A stretch of DNA of 64,000 bases from positions 26,536,001 through 26,600,000 of the forward strand of contig NC_043007.1 of assembly GCF_006345805.1 (NCBI RefSeq), given 5' to 3'. Positions within the stretch are counted from its first letter, which is position 1, and the number at the start of each line of letters is the position of its first letter. Origin of the DNA: Octopus sinensis (taxonomy: Eukaryota). A program made the translations under genes and the position numbers. Below are positions 39,018-52,569 of this stretch, piece after piece. The notes under the pieces are model-generated. The model had not been told where the DNA came from. It saw nothing but the letters and a program-made list of their open reading frames with translations, and did not search any database.

Positions 39018-39182
39018 GAACACCGAAATAAGCACAGAGAGAGAGAGAGAAAATAAAAAATGTTTAGTGGCTAGCGATCAACCATGGAGAATCTTGGAGG
39101 GAGATGGTCAGATAGGAGAGCTAGAAAGTCGAGGGAGATATGTATGTGTGTATGTACTTGTCCATGTAGTCATGAATGAACA

Positions 39183-39258
39183 TTTGCTCAAGGTGCCACG
39201 CAGTGGGGCTGGACCCTGAACCATGTGGCTGGGAAGCAGCCACACAGCGACGCCTACG
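39183..39258 (-). mobile_element. SINE family 4 head fragment
   Basis: CTCAAGGTGCCACGCAGTGGG..AACCATGTGG..CCACACAGC. Confidence 0.7.
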
Positions 39259-40014
39259 CATCTATATATATATACAATTTAAGAATAGGATCAAATCTTT
39301 AGAAGAATTTATGAAGTAGTTAGCGTGAAAAACCTCATATATATATATATATATATAAATACATATATACTTATATACATGTATATGTATTCACGTGTGT
39401 AAGTAAGTATGTATGTATGTATGTATGTATGTATGTATGTATTAAGCTCGTATGAATCGCTGCGGATGTATGTTTGAGTGCTAAACACGTACAGCAAAGG
39501 TTAACACTTAAAACCAACAACACATGTTGTAACTTCGTCTGGAATTTTTTCCTTACCTTTCCTCCTTTCTTTCCATTTTCCTTCTATTTTCCGAAGAAAA
39601 CAATGTCCGAAATACCATAACTATTTTCACTCCTGGCAGTAACTTATTAATACTAATGGCCGAAATATGGCGCCTGGCTTTTTTTTTTTTTTCGTTTTTT
39701 TTTTCATTTTGTATTCTCTTAATTTGCATTTCTTTATTTTTTTTCTTCATCTTTCTCATTTTTTCATATTGTATATCGTTCAGGCATATACTTATCTTAG
39801 TATTATATGTATATACATATGTATATACATATACGTATGTATATGATATACATATGTATCTGTATATATATATATATATATATATATGCGTATGTACATA
39901 TCTACACATTGGTATATAATATATTGTATATATATAAATATATATATTATACACGTATATATATATATATATACCATATATATATATATATATATATTAT
40001 ATTGAGAAATAGCT

Positions 40015-40670
40015 GATTGAACATCGTTTTATATTCTACATGTTTCGATTACCAAATCCGATGAATATGGGACCAATTGTAGAAAAAAAGGAAATCCGTT
40101 GGAAAAACACGAACAAGCAGAGCAAAAAACAAATCGAACTGTGCTCCTAAGATATGGCGAAACTGTATCAGTGGTATGTTAGAATGCTGAAGAATTCATC
40201 AGTCGGTCAACATATAATGTCTTTGTGATAAAGTACTATTTAAGAATATATATCATCGAGAAAAATCTACTTACGTGTGTGTGTGTATATGTTATATATA
40301 TGGTGTGTTGTAGATGTTGTGTACGTGTGTACATACACAAAAATGTTTTCATACGCCAATATATAGAACTATACACACACATTTCTAAGTAGATTTTTTC
40401 TCGTTATAAATTCTTTTAGTCAGAATTTCTCCTACAAAGAACATCTATTACCCATGATTGAATTACCTGTGGAATCTTCAGGTTCTCAACATCACTGTAC
40501 ACAGTTTCGCCATGGCTCTTAGGACAGTTCGATTTGTTTTTGCTCTGCCTGTTCATGTTCTTGTTTTCCAACGGTTTCCTTTTGAAGAGAAAGACACAAT
40601 ATGGTCCGTTTTCTCTTTTGGTATTTGTGATTTCGATTGAACTGAAATAAAAATGTTCAATCTGGTTCAG
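40015..40670. repeat. About 190-bp inverted repeat pair (40015-40200 / 40475-40670)
   Basis: CCGTTGGAAAA..GCAGAGCAAAAA(A)CAAATCGAACTGT..ATGGCGAAACTGT..CTGAAGA shared in opposite orientation, roughly 70% identity by eye. Confidence 0.8.
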
Positions 40671-40859
40671 CTCCATGTCTTCAATTCTATGTTTAATTTC
40701 ATTTCCGCACCAGGCCGTTTTACTGTGGGCGTTGCTACTAAGGTATCGGTAAATTTTGATTAATCAAAATTATTCCCTTTCTATTTCCATTATATTATAT
40801 ATATATAGATTATATATATATATATATATATATAGTATATAGTGTATACTATATTATAT

Positions 40860-40904
<45 letters not shown>

Positions 40905-41664
40905 GTATATATAACAGTAAACATACAACAAATACACACCCAAGGAATGTAGGTGTTTGAAATAAAAACACGGCCCAAACAATATATAAACATGACATTT
41001 TCTAATAGTTTTCTTTTGTCTTTTCTGCCATTTAAAAAGAAACAAAACAACCTTCCTCTCCTCTCCTTCCCTCCATCTATCCCTCCCTCATACTTTCACT
41101 GTTTCTCCCTTTTCTCTCTTCTATAACCAAGAAGACGTTTCCGCTTGTATTCTCTTGCATTAGAATCTTTCGTCTACTTATTTTTATCTCCTTCGTCGTT
41201 TGTCTATTTACCTTTTAAATTATATTTTAGTTAGATTATTTTTGTATTTTTTAAATTGTCTTTCATTTCTTTTCGAGTTTTCTTTTTTTTTTTTTGATTT
41301 TTCGTTCATTCCTATTCTCATTCACTAATTGTTTCGTATTGCATAGTTTCAACCTTCAAACATTTCGTTCCACATAGATGTACATACATACATATATATA
41401 TATACATACATACATACATACATACATACATACATACTTACATACATATGCATACATGTATACACGCAAACACACACTTTATATATATAAATTATATATA
41501 TAACTATATTTATATATAATATATTAACATATATATAATATATATATATGTGGTGTGTGTGTGTGTGTACATGTATATATGTATGTATGTTTACACACAC
41601 ATATAAAGATGCAAACTTATAGATACAAACATACACAAACATACATACATACATATATACATAC

Positions 41665-41698
<34 letters not shown>

Positions 41699-41862
41699 TA
41701 TATAAACATGCATGCATCTATGCACGTATGTATAATATATATATACAACTACACACACAAGCGTCATCATGGATATGTACGCAGTGATATATCATATTCA
41801 AGTGTGTATATGTGTGTGTGGGCGTGTGTGGATGTGTGTCTATCTGTCTCTCTCTGTCTCTG

Positions 41863-41913
<51 letters not shown>

Positions 41914-42070
41914 GTATATATATACATATATATATATATATGTATGAATGAGTGTACAAATACATACGTGTATAAATATGTTTGAATGCATGTTTACATA
42001 AACACATATATACATACATATATACATGCATACATGCATGCATGCATACATACATACATACATACATACA

Positions 42071-42106
<36 letters not shown>

Positions 42107-42334
42107 TACATACATACATACATACATATACGCGGGTATTCATATACCTCTGCCTACACACAAACCGAATTTCGCATGTCGTCATTAAAGACTTTCGTAT
42201 GTCTCGAATTAACCAAGCTGTTCCTCCCACTCTTTCTTACAAGCTTAGTCACCTCTAGTATTCCTTCCTTCTAGACATATACAGTATAGTTGCTCGTATA
42301 CATGCACATTTAATCCATACATCTACACACAAAC

Positions 42335-42373
<39 letters not shown>

Positions 42374-42522
42374 TCGAGATAGTACCTGAGTATATAATAT
42401 ATATAAATATATATATATATATGCATATATATATAAGTATATATACATGTACGTAATATATATATTACATAGCATATATATAGTGTGTATATATATATTG
42501 CATATATATTATATATATATAC

Positions 42523-42553
<31 letters not shown>

Positions 42554-43237
42554 CATATATATATGTGTATATATAAGTAATGCATATAATATATATATAA
42601 ATATACATATATATATACATATATATATCATACAGATATATGATTAAATGGATATATATGCATATATATATATATAAAATGGATATAATATATATATATA
42701 ATATATATATATAATGAATTATATTTCGGAGTTTCCAATCCAAAACCTCTCAAATTCGCCTTGTTTGTTTCACCCGCTTCGTGTCTTCATTTCCAATTCC
42801 AATTTATATGGTTATATATATACACAGACATCCTTGATCCTTTTTGTTTCCTCCCCTCCATTTTCCTCTCACGTTTTCTTTTATTACACTTCGTAGTCCC
42901 TCTCACCTTTCACGCTCACATTCTCTCCCCGATCGCTAATTTATAAAAATACATTTCCAGTTATATTTGGTGTAGCGAGACAAAGCTCTCCATTTACTCT
43001 CAACGTATGTTCTTCGATGATGTGCAAAGCACTGTCATTGGTTCTAATATCGGTCACATAAACAATGATTGGATGACGATATATCGGTGCAACTGTTATT
43101 TCCTGCCCTGTAAATCAAGGATTTAAGGGATCCATCTGAGGCTGTAGCTCAAGAATAGAATTTTATCTTCACCCGTCTACCTGTTCCTCTCACACAATAT
43201 CGCTCACAAAAGCTGTCGTGCTGTTTCCTTCATACTA

Positions 43238-43275
<38 letters not shown>

Positions 43276-43341
43276 GATCTATCTATCTATCTATATATAT
43301 ATATATATATATTATTATATATATAATATATATATATATAG

Positions 43342-43380
<39 letters not shown>

Positions 43381-43469
43381 CATACATACATACATACATA
43401 TATATATTTGTTTTGCAAATTTTTTTATGTGAATAGTGTGTTGAAGCTATATTATTGTATTTAGGAATG

Positions 43470-43866
43470 GTCATTTTGCCAGTTTAGCCAATAAAAACAC
43501 ACGCACTATATATTTGGTGTTACTTCGCTTCAGCGTAATTTATTTTTTACATTAATCTTAATCTTATTTCGGCCAGAGTTCTTTCGTCACATTACTGTGA
43601 CCGCATCAGTGGTCCTTTGCTTTCTTCTTTCTTATTTGTGTGTCTCTCCATATTGACCGTCAGCCATTTTGTATTTCTATTGTATGTGTCTTCATTTGCG
43701 CATGCGTATATCTCTATGTGCGTCTATATTTAGTTAGTGTGTATGTAAGTGGGGAGGGATATGTCTGTAATATTTGTATCTCCTGTTTATATACGTTCTG
43801 AAATTTGTTTTTTGTTTTTTGTTTTCGTTTTGTTTATTTTTATTTTGTTCATGTGTTTACACCCAC

Positions 43867-43915
<49 letters not shown>

Positions 43916-43934
43916 GATTATTATTATGTATAAC

Positions 43935-43968
<34 letters not shown>

Positions 43969-44396
43969 TAATAATAATAATGAATTTTTAAAAATTTTTA
44001 TATGTATATAGTTATTTACTTCCATTTGTTTATTTATCTGTGTCTTTTATTTTATTATGTTTTCAGTTTTGTTTATAATTTAACCATTTTATGGGGATCC
44101 TCTTCTGTCATATGTTGTGGTGTGTGCTAGTGTTCCATTCCAGTTTCCTATTCAGGCTAAGTTTATCTTCTATTGTGTGTAGCTTCCGTAATTTGTCTGA
44201 TTGTTGCGTCTGTTCTAGGTGTGGACAAGATTTTAACTTCTATGTTGTTGATTGAGCCCCCGTGTTCCTGCTCGGTATGTTGGTACAGAACCGATGAGCT
44301 CTTTCCTTCCTTAAGTTCTCTCCAATGTCCATTTACCCGCCCTCCTATGCTCCGTGCCGTTTCCCCTACGTATTTCGTTGTCTTGTCCTCTTTATT
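43470..44396 (-). mobile_element. 3' part of a Penelope-like element (GIY-YIG endonuclease remnant plus downstream HHR)
   Basis: 44163-44396 translates to KYVGETARSIGGRVNGHWRELKEGKSSSVLYQHTEQEHGG..RQITEA (YVGET-R..H pattern of PLE endonuclease); same-strand HHR at 43571-43615. Confidence 0.75.
43571..43615 (-). ncRNA. Minimal type I HHR motif with an A9->C core change
   Basis: GGACCA-CUGAUGC-G-GUCAC-AGUAAU-GUGAC-GAAA-GAA-CUC^UGGCC. Confidence 0.55.
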
Positions 44397-44404
44397 TACA
44401 CACA

Positions 44405-44483
<79 letters not shown>

Positions 44484-44486
44484 GAT

Positions 44487-44714
44487 AAGGCGGCGAGCTG
44501 GCAGACACGTTAGCGCCCTGGGCGAAATGCTTAGCGGTATTTCGTCTGCCGCTACGTTCTGAGTTCAAATTCCGCCGAGGTCGACTTTGCTTTTCATCCT
44601 TTCGGGGTCGATTAAATAAGTACCAGTTTCGCACTGGGGTCGATGTAATCAACTTAATACGTTTGTCTGTCCTTGTTTGTCCCCTCTATGTTTAGCCCCT
44701 TGTGGGCAATAAAG

Positions 44715-44719
<5 letters not shown>
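44487..44719 (+). mobile_element. SINE family 1, full length, tail A
   Basis: Family match; embedded in (TA)n. Confidence 0.9.
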
Positions 44720-44809
<90 letters not shown>

Positions 44810-44920
44810 AGAGAGAACTTTTTTTAAAAAGTTCCAACCGATAATTTCCATACCGAAATCTACCCGGAAATAATTGTTGTTTTAAAATTAATAATTATTT
44901 ACCCTTGTATTATTAATATG

Positions 44921-44953
<33 letters not shown>

Positions 44954-45307
44954 CTGTGTGTGTGTATGTATATCGGTCTATGTATGTATGAGGAGAAGAA
45001 ATGCATGAATTCAACAATCATCAGACGACATTTGAGTTCCTTTCTAATCGGATGCAGTGATAATATAAATGTGACAAGTAAATGAAAGGAAACGGGGGAA
45101 AAAAATACTGATCAAGCCATATTACATAATTTAAAATAGCACAACATCAAAGTATGAATACCATATGCAATTACTAATGACTAAAATTTCACACTGAATA
45201 ATTTTTACATGATTTACATGATTTACATGATTATGTGTTAAACGCAACATACTCTTGCCGATCTCAACAGAGTGTTGGTGCTACGAAGTAATCAATAACT
45301 ATTAACA

Positions 45308-45365
<58 letters not shown>

Positions 45366-45431
45366 GGTCCCGGGTTGAGTCGGGGTTAACCACAGTAAAT
45401 AAGGTACTCAATCATAGCAGAGTAAAGAATT

Positions 45432-45515
45432 TTTTATAGAAGGAGCTTCTACAGGACTAGAACTGTTTCATTCAGAATGAAACAGTCTAGTCCTGTAGAA
45501 GCTCCTTCTATAAAA
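45432..45515. repeat. 84-bp near-perfect palindrome
   Basis: 41/42-bp arms TTTTATAGAAGGAGCTTCTACAGGACTAG(A)ACTGTTTCATTC, centre 45474, one extra A. Confidence 0.95.
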
Positions 45516-46102
45516 TAAAATATATATATATATACTGCTGATATTTCTTGGACGAATATACAACTTCTTTAAGTAGCTACAGTGCTCCATTCATTGTCTT
45601 GCGTGTATGAGTTCGATATATGCCCTGTTCTTTGTTATTAAAATATGGATTTAGTATAGAATATTAAGATTTGCTTAACGTTTTATACGAATGCATCTAT
45701 GCAAATATTCTGATCGAGAAAAGATAGGAAATAAATGAGTGTATATGCATATCTTGGGAAATATTGCTATTTCTCCGGCTCCACATCCAAGCCATTAACT
45801 GTCCGTGAACACAAACACGTATATGTATTTGAAGCGCATAAGTGACGGTTGTAAAGCATTCGAAAAGGGGCGCTTTGAGCAGGACACCCTAAGGCGCTGG
45901 CTTCGGAATGGCAGTCACCAGAACCTCAATGAGCAAACCGTCTGCTCTTTCTTTAAAGGTAGCATGCAAGCCATCTGAAGGACTATGAAGACTCAACTCT
46001 ACGCAACATCTTTCCTCTTAGACCGTGTAACCCGTACTATGTAGTGTACGAGAAGGCGTCCAGATCGATTTCGGGTCTGAATCGATATATGTCAGTGAGA
46101 TA

Positions 46103-46218
46103 TGACCTCACAGAGGTCATGACCTGCGGAAGTTGCAATATTTGTGTCATATATGCTCCAAGTTATACAGATCAAAAGTAAATTCATAGTCCTCTGAAAG
46201 GTCAGAGACAGAAGGTCA
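46103..46218. promoter_or_regulatory. Cluster of five AGGTCA/TGACCT nuclear-receptor half-sites (candidate)
   Basis: TGACCT-n5-AGGTCA-TGACCT (ER5 plus IR0) at 46103-46125; AGGTCA-n8-AGGTCA at 46199-46218; function not shown. Confidence 0.3.
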
Positions 46219-47663
46219 GGCACGCCAATGTCAACGAGAAAGCTCAGATTGATATCAATAAGCTAGGAAGAGGGAGCAATCGCCATATATACATACATGC
46301 ATAAACACATACATACATACGTACTTACGTACATACATGCATACAAAGATACATACATACATACATACATACGTACATACATAAAAACATACATACATGA
46401 ATACATACGTACGTACGTACATACATACATGCATGCGCACATAAGTACGTACGTACATACATACGTACGTACATACATACGTACGACGTAAATACATACG
46501 TACATACGTAAATACATACATACATACATACGTACGTACATGCATACATACATATGTACGTACATACATACATACATACATACATACGTAAGTACGTACA
46601 TACATACAAACATACATACATGCATCCATACGTGCGTACGTACGTACATACATACATCATAGGTACGTGCATACATACATACATATGTACATACATCATA
46701 CATACATACGTACGCACATACATACATACCTAGATACATACATACACACATACATACATACATGCATACATACATACATACATACACACACACGCACACA
46801 CACACACACACACCACACACACACCACACACACGCACGCACACACACACACGCACGCACATGCACACACATACGGCAGTCTGGATAAGCTTGGATTTTTC
46901 AGAAAAGCAAATCACCCTACTGAATCGCTCGTTGTAAATGCAATCTGGAAGTGGAGCAGTAAAACTAGGCAAGACTATTCTCAGGCTTAAAACGTGACAT
47001 TGGTTTCGTTACCTAACATTCCAATGATGGAGCTTCGTATCTCTGTTAGAAACCAGCCCTCTCTTAAGAAGGGGAACATAAATTATTAAATACCGAAGTG
47101 ACATACAAACATATACATACACACACATACATACATACCTATATACATACATACATACTACATACATACATGCATCCGTGCATGCATGCATACATACATA
47201 GATACATACATATATGAGTACGTATATACATATTACATATGTACGTGCGTACATGTTACGTAGTTGTATGCTTAATGCGAAAACACCTCTGACATATATA
47301 GTCTCTCCTGCAATTAGTAAGAGTAGTCTTGGGAATAAAAAAAACATAACTCAAAGCAATGAACCTTTACCTAATATCATATTCTGTTGTAAAAGATACC
47401 ATAATTATGGCGCATTGTGGAATATGCATGGCGTTCTTCAAATGAAAAGGAGGTGGAGCAGGAGATGCTACAGGAGGAGGAGGACGACGAGAAGGAGGAG
47501 GTGAAGAAGAAGAAGAAGAGTGAAAAGAAGGAGAAGAAGAAGAAAAGAAGAGAAGAAAAGAGAAGAAAAAGAAAATACAAAAAGGATAGATAGATAGAGA
47601 TGCAGATAGACAGACGTACAAATGTATAGCTAGCTAGCTAGCTATATGGATAGATTGATAGAT

Positions 47664-47730
<67 letters not shown>

Positions 47731-48113
47731 TACTTGCATGCACACTTACACATATCAATTCATCCATCCATCCATCAATACATACATGCACAAGCACATA
47801 CATACATACATACATACATACATACATACATACACTCACATACATACATACATACATACATACATACATACATACATACATACATACATACATACATACA
47901 TACACGCACATGGAGAAGACAATCGTACATACTTGCATGGATACAACAAGGTGACATCTTTTTCTCGTGAAAGAAAGGTCAGGTTAGCCTCGTTTTCAAA
48001 TACGTATAAAGGTGACGAAAGATGAAGAAGAAACATAATTCTTTACAACCTCACGCAAACAGAAACGTTTATAATTCAGTAAATATTATTATTTTATATT
48101 ATTATTATTATTA

Positions 48114-48149
<36 letters not shown>

Positions 48150-48196
48150 CAATTATCATTATCATTATCATTATTACATTATTATTATTATTATAC

Positions 48197-48235
<39 letters not shown>

Positions 48236-48236
48236 C

Positions 48237-48304
<68 letters not shown>

Positions 48305-48332
48305 CATCATCATTAAGAGGGGAGTGTTCTGT

Positions 48333-48410
<78 letters not shown>

Positions 48411-49183
48411 GGGTAGACAGATAGATAGATAGAGAGAGAGTAGATAGATAGATAGATAGATAAACAGATAGATAGATAGACAAAGATAAAGGAAGAAGGT
48501 AAAGTAGAAATGCAAGGTGAAGTGCAAAGATAAGATCATAGACCTCAATGTGCAGCAATAAGACTCCAGCTTTTACAAAGGTGCAGCCTGCTGTTACATA
48601 ATACTCTGCACATGCAGAATGTCTGCACGGAAGAAGCAAATGTAACTAGGGAAGAATTGCGATGCGTACGTGCATACACAAACGCACGTTCACGTGGTCA
48701 TACAAACAGCAGCATACAGAGATATGGTGGCATACATGTAACCACACGCGGTGCACGATGGAAGCAAGACACACCGTATGCAAACATTCATGGAGAACAA
48801 CATAAAGAATGCACATGCAATGCGCTCTACTTAAAAATAGTATACGTCACTTATACGAGATCTGCGTGATGCATAACGCTGCATCGTTTTAGAAACATAA
48901 ATTTTATGTATACATGTTATATAGTTACATGTGTAGGTAACTATATATGTTCGTACGTCTGCGTGTGTTTGTCTGTATGTGTGTGAATGTGTGTGTGTGT
49001 GTATATGTGTGTTAATGTGAACATGAGTGTGTGTCTGAATGTACTTATGAATGTATACACGCGTTATGCATGCACACGACTCTCCATGGAAGACGACGCA
49101 GGCTCATCTCCACATACATGCGAATAAGATCACATGTGTGTATATATATATAAAATATACACACACACCACAACACAACATAT

Positions 49184-49219
<36 letters not shown>

Positions 49220-49266
49220 CACGAAAGTATACAGGTTTATGTATGTATATATATACATATATATAT

Positions 49267-49297
<31 letters not shown>

Positions 49298-49381
49298 TAT
49301 ATATATATATACAATATATATAATATAATATATATATACATATATATATATACATACATATATATTATATATATATAATAT

Positions 49382-49424
<43 letters not shown>

Positions 49425-49427
<3 letters not shown>

Positions 49428-49610
49428 AATCCAAACATGAACGGAGAGAAAACACAACAACGCAAGGACGTGGAACAAGAAAAGAAAGGAGGATGATCAA
49501 CGTTTCGAGCGGAGTTATTCGTCAGTAATATAGAAAAAGGAAAGGTCCAAGGAAGGGAAGACGGAGAAAGGAAATCGATAACGATACACACGCGGTCACA
49601 TATTGAATGA
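49425..49610 (-). mobile_element. About 200-bp HHR-bearing short repeat, degraded copy
   Basis: Homologous to 53192-53400; minus strand CTGACGA..CTCCGCTCGAAACGTT. Confidence 0.75.
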
Positions 49611-49734
49611 CCGGAAGGGAATGGGTGAAGAAAAAGTCCTTTCAAAAACAGGAAAGTGCAAGAGAAGGAGGTATGTGTGTGCGCGCAAGTCTGTGTGTGT
49701 GTGTAATGATAGCACGTGTGTGTGTGTGTGTGTT

Positions 49735-49769
<35 letters not shown>

Positions 49770-49955
49770 TTGTGGCTGTTTATCTATGTGTGTAGTTAGG
49801 CTTAGTATCGTTTAAGGTCACAGGTAGAATTTATAGTAGGAGTGGCTCCTGTTCTGTGCGTACCTGCACATGTGCGTAGGAGAATGGTCAGTTGAAGGTA
49901 CTGGTAGTTGGAAGTATGTGTGTATGCGTGCATATATATACATATGCTCATATGC

Positions 49956-50360
49956 TCTCTTTACTTGTTTCAGTCATTTGACTGCGGCCATGCTGGAGCA
50001 CCGCCTTTAATCGAGCGACTCGACCCCGGGACTTTTTCTTTTGTAAGCCCAGTACTTATTCTATCGGTCTCTTTTGCCGAACCGCTAATAACGGGGACAT
50101 AAAAACACCAGCATTGGTTGTCAAGCAATGTTAGGGGGGCAAACACAGACACACAAACCCACACACACACACACACATATATATATATACATATATACGA
50201 CAGGCTTCTTTCAGTTTCCGTCTACCAAATCCACTCACAAGGCATTGGTCTGCCCGGGGCTATAGCAGAAGACACTTGCCCAAGATGCCACGCAGTGGGA
50301 CTGAACCCGGAACCACGTGGCTGGTTAGCAAGCTACTTAGCACACAGCCACTCCTGCGCC
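49956..50360 (-). mobile_element. SINE family 4, full length
   Basis: Head to tail TTTCAGTCATTTGACTGCGGCCATGCTGGAGCACCGCC all present. Confidence 0.9.
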
Positions 50361-50976
50361 TATATATGTATAAATATTTATATACATTAATATATTTCTT
50401 CATCTGAGTTTATATATACATATACATACATGTTTACATACACATACAGAGATAGGTAGGTTGATAGATAGGTAGACATCCATAGATACACATTTATATG
50501 GCAGCACGTGAGAATCACTTGTAGCAAACCATGTTGTTCGTGAACAGATAATGTAATATGACAACACAACTGAAAGAAATAAAGCAGTTTAGTGGAGAAT
50601 AAGGATTTGAACGAATACGCAGGAACTCAATAAATTGGATTGTTCAGCTCTCCTACAGTGTGCCTGTGTGTGTATGTGTGTGCGTGTTTATACCTACATG
50701 TATACATACATATATATATATATATATATATCATAATATATTATTTTTGTAATTTACTTAATCTTTACTTTTTAATTGTTATTTTAATTTTAACTTATCT
50801 ATTATATGTAATTTTCTAGATGGTGTGAATTAATTATTCATTTTTAATTGATAAAAGGTGTTTTTTTTCTAATATTTTATATATATATATTTATTAATTT
50901 TTGCATGTATTTGTGTATGTATGTATATGTGTGTGTGTCTGTGTATATATATGTATATATATATATATATATATCA

Positions 50977-51369
50977 GGTGTAGGAGTCGCTGTGTAGTAA
51001 GTAACTTGCTTACGAGCGATATGGTTCCGGGATCAGTCCCACTGCGTGGCACCTTGGGCAAGTGTCTTCTACTATAGCCTCGGGGCGGCCAAATGCATGT
51101 GAGTGGATTTGGTAGAGGGAAACTGAAAGAAGCCCGTCGTATATATGTATATATATGTATGTGTGTATGTGTATATGTTTGTGTCTCTGTGTTTGTCCCC
51201 CCTCACCAACATCGCTTGACAACCGATGCTGGTGTGTTTACGTCCCCGTATCTTAGCGGTTCGGCAAATGAGACTGATAAAATAAGTACTAGGCTTACAA
51301 AGAATAAGTCCTGGTGTCGATTTCCTCAACTAAAGTCGGTGCTCCAGCATGGCCAAAATGACTGAAACA
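50977..51369 (+). mobile_element. SINE family 4, near full length
   Basis: GGTGTAGGAGTCGCTGTG..CCCACTGCGTGGCACCTTGGGCAAG..GTGCTCCAGCATGGCC. Confidence 0.9.
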
Positions 51370-51589
51370 TGGGAAAGTGGTACATGTAGATATTTTAACG
51401 CATGTATATGCATGGCCGTATGTATAGTACATTACCAAGATGACAACGCTGTGCACGCGAGAAGCTTCATGGTTTTTTATATCATGCGGTGCCCCAGCAT
51501 GGCCACAGCTCATAAGCTGAAACTAGAATCAATCAATCAATCAATCATTCACAACCAGAAATAAAGATACCTTGCTACTCCTACGAAGG

Positions 51590-51900
51590 AGACCTTTTGT
51601 TCTCACGCGTCTTGAAGAGACCCTCCAACTGTGGTCGGCGCTGAGCGTCAAATTGCCGATGGAACTTGTGGCAATACACAGTCACTACAGAAAGAATATT
51701 GACTTAGCGTTACAGATGAACAATTGGGAGATATTCAAAGAACTCAAGCTTTATTCCCTAAGGAGAAAGCAACTGAATATATGCAATGATATGCATATGG
51801 AAGTGTCTATCCCCCCAAGTTTGAAAATAAAGCTATGAAAACTACCGAAGTGGACGGCACTGCGTAATACCAAATTTTACCTGGAGTGATATTTGAACAT
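51590..51900 (+). mobile_element. CR1-like LINE ORF2 C-terminal fragment
   Basis: LTRLEETLQLWSALSVKL..MNNWEIFKELKLYSLRRK, resembling the CR1 RLDYCSQLWSP..YWERLKELKLYSLERRR pattern. Confidence 0.7.
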
Positions 51901-51904
51901 TACG

Positions 51905-51990
51905 AAAAATAGGTCCTGGGGTTGATTTGCTCGACTAACGTCGGTACTCCAGCATGGCCGCAGTCAAATTATTGAAACAAATAAAAAGAA
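51905..51990 (+). mobile_element. SINE family 4 tail fragment
   Basis: GTCCTGGGGTTGATTTGCTCGACTAA..CTCCAGCATGGCCGCAGTCAAAT. Confidence 0.8.
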
Positions 51991-52454
51991 ATATATCTAT
52001 ACACTACCAAAAAAACATGATTTTTATTGAACTCATAATACTTTTTGTAGTCCCGTTCTGAATACTTTCTTAAATACTTTCTTAAATACTTGTAAACTAT
52101 TTTTAACATTTTCTTATTATCAAAGAATGTATAACTGTATTTTAATACTCTTGTGATAACCAGTACTTAACACAACAAAGCTTATACAAAGCTTTACATT
52201 TTACTTTTGACAATCTTTTTCTAAAAAAGTGATACAGGTCAAGTGAATAATCATCTTTAAAATTGCATTTTCACATCTTCTTTCATATATTATTTCCACT
52301 CGCGCGCTACCTTACAACTTTACTTAGTTATATATATTTATATATATATATAAATATATAATATATACTTTATTTTAAGCAGCAGAAAATCAACAAAATC
52401 TGTTACTCCTGAGTTCTCGTTGCCGTTCTCCTACATTTTTTGCTAGATTTTAGT

Positions 52455-52558
52455 TTGGTGGAGTGCTGGTGGTTTTGATTGTAGTTGTGGTGGTAGTGCT
52501 GGTGATTTGATTGTAGTTGTGGTGGTAGTGCTGGTGGTTTTGATTGTAGTTGTTGTGG
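52455..52558 (+). repeat. 33-bp minisatellite, about 3 units (same unit as 54043-54603)
   Basis: GGTGGTAGTGCTGGTGGTTTTGATTGTAGTTGT. Confidence 0.9.
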
Positions 52559-52569
52559 TATATATATAT

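Noticed and set aside
39585-42765. Further HHR-like relics (39590 CCGAAGA..CGAAA, 41135 GAAACGTC, 42730 ..CCGAAA)
   Set aside because: Core and stems are too decayed to call individually; consistent with old PLE-associated copies only
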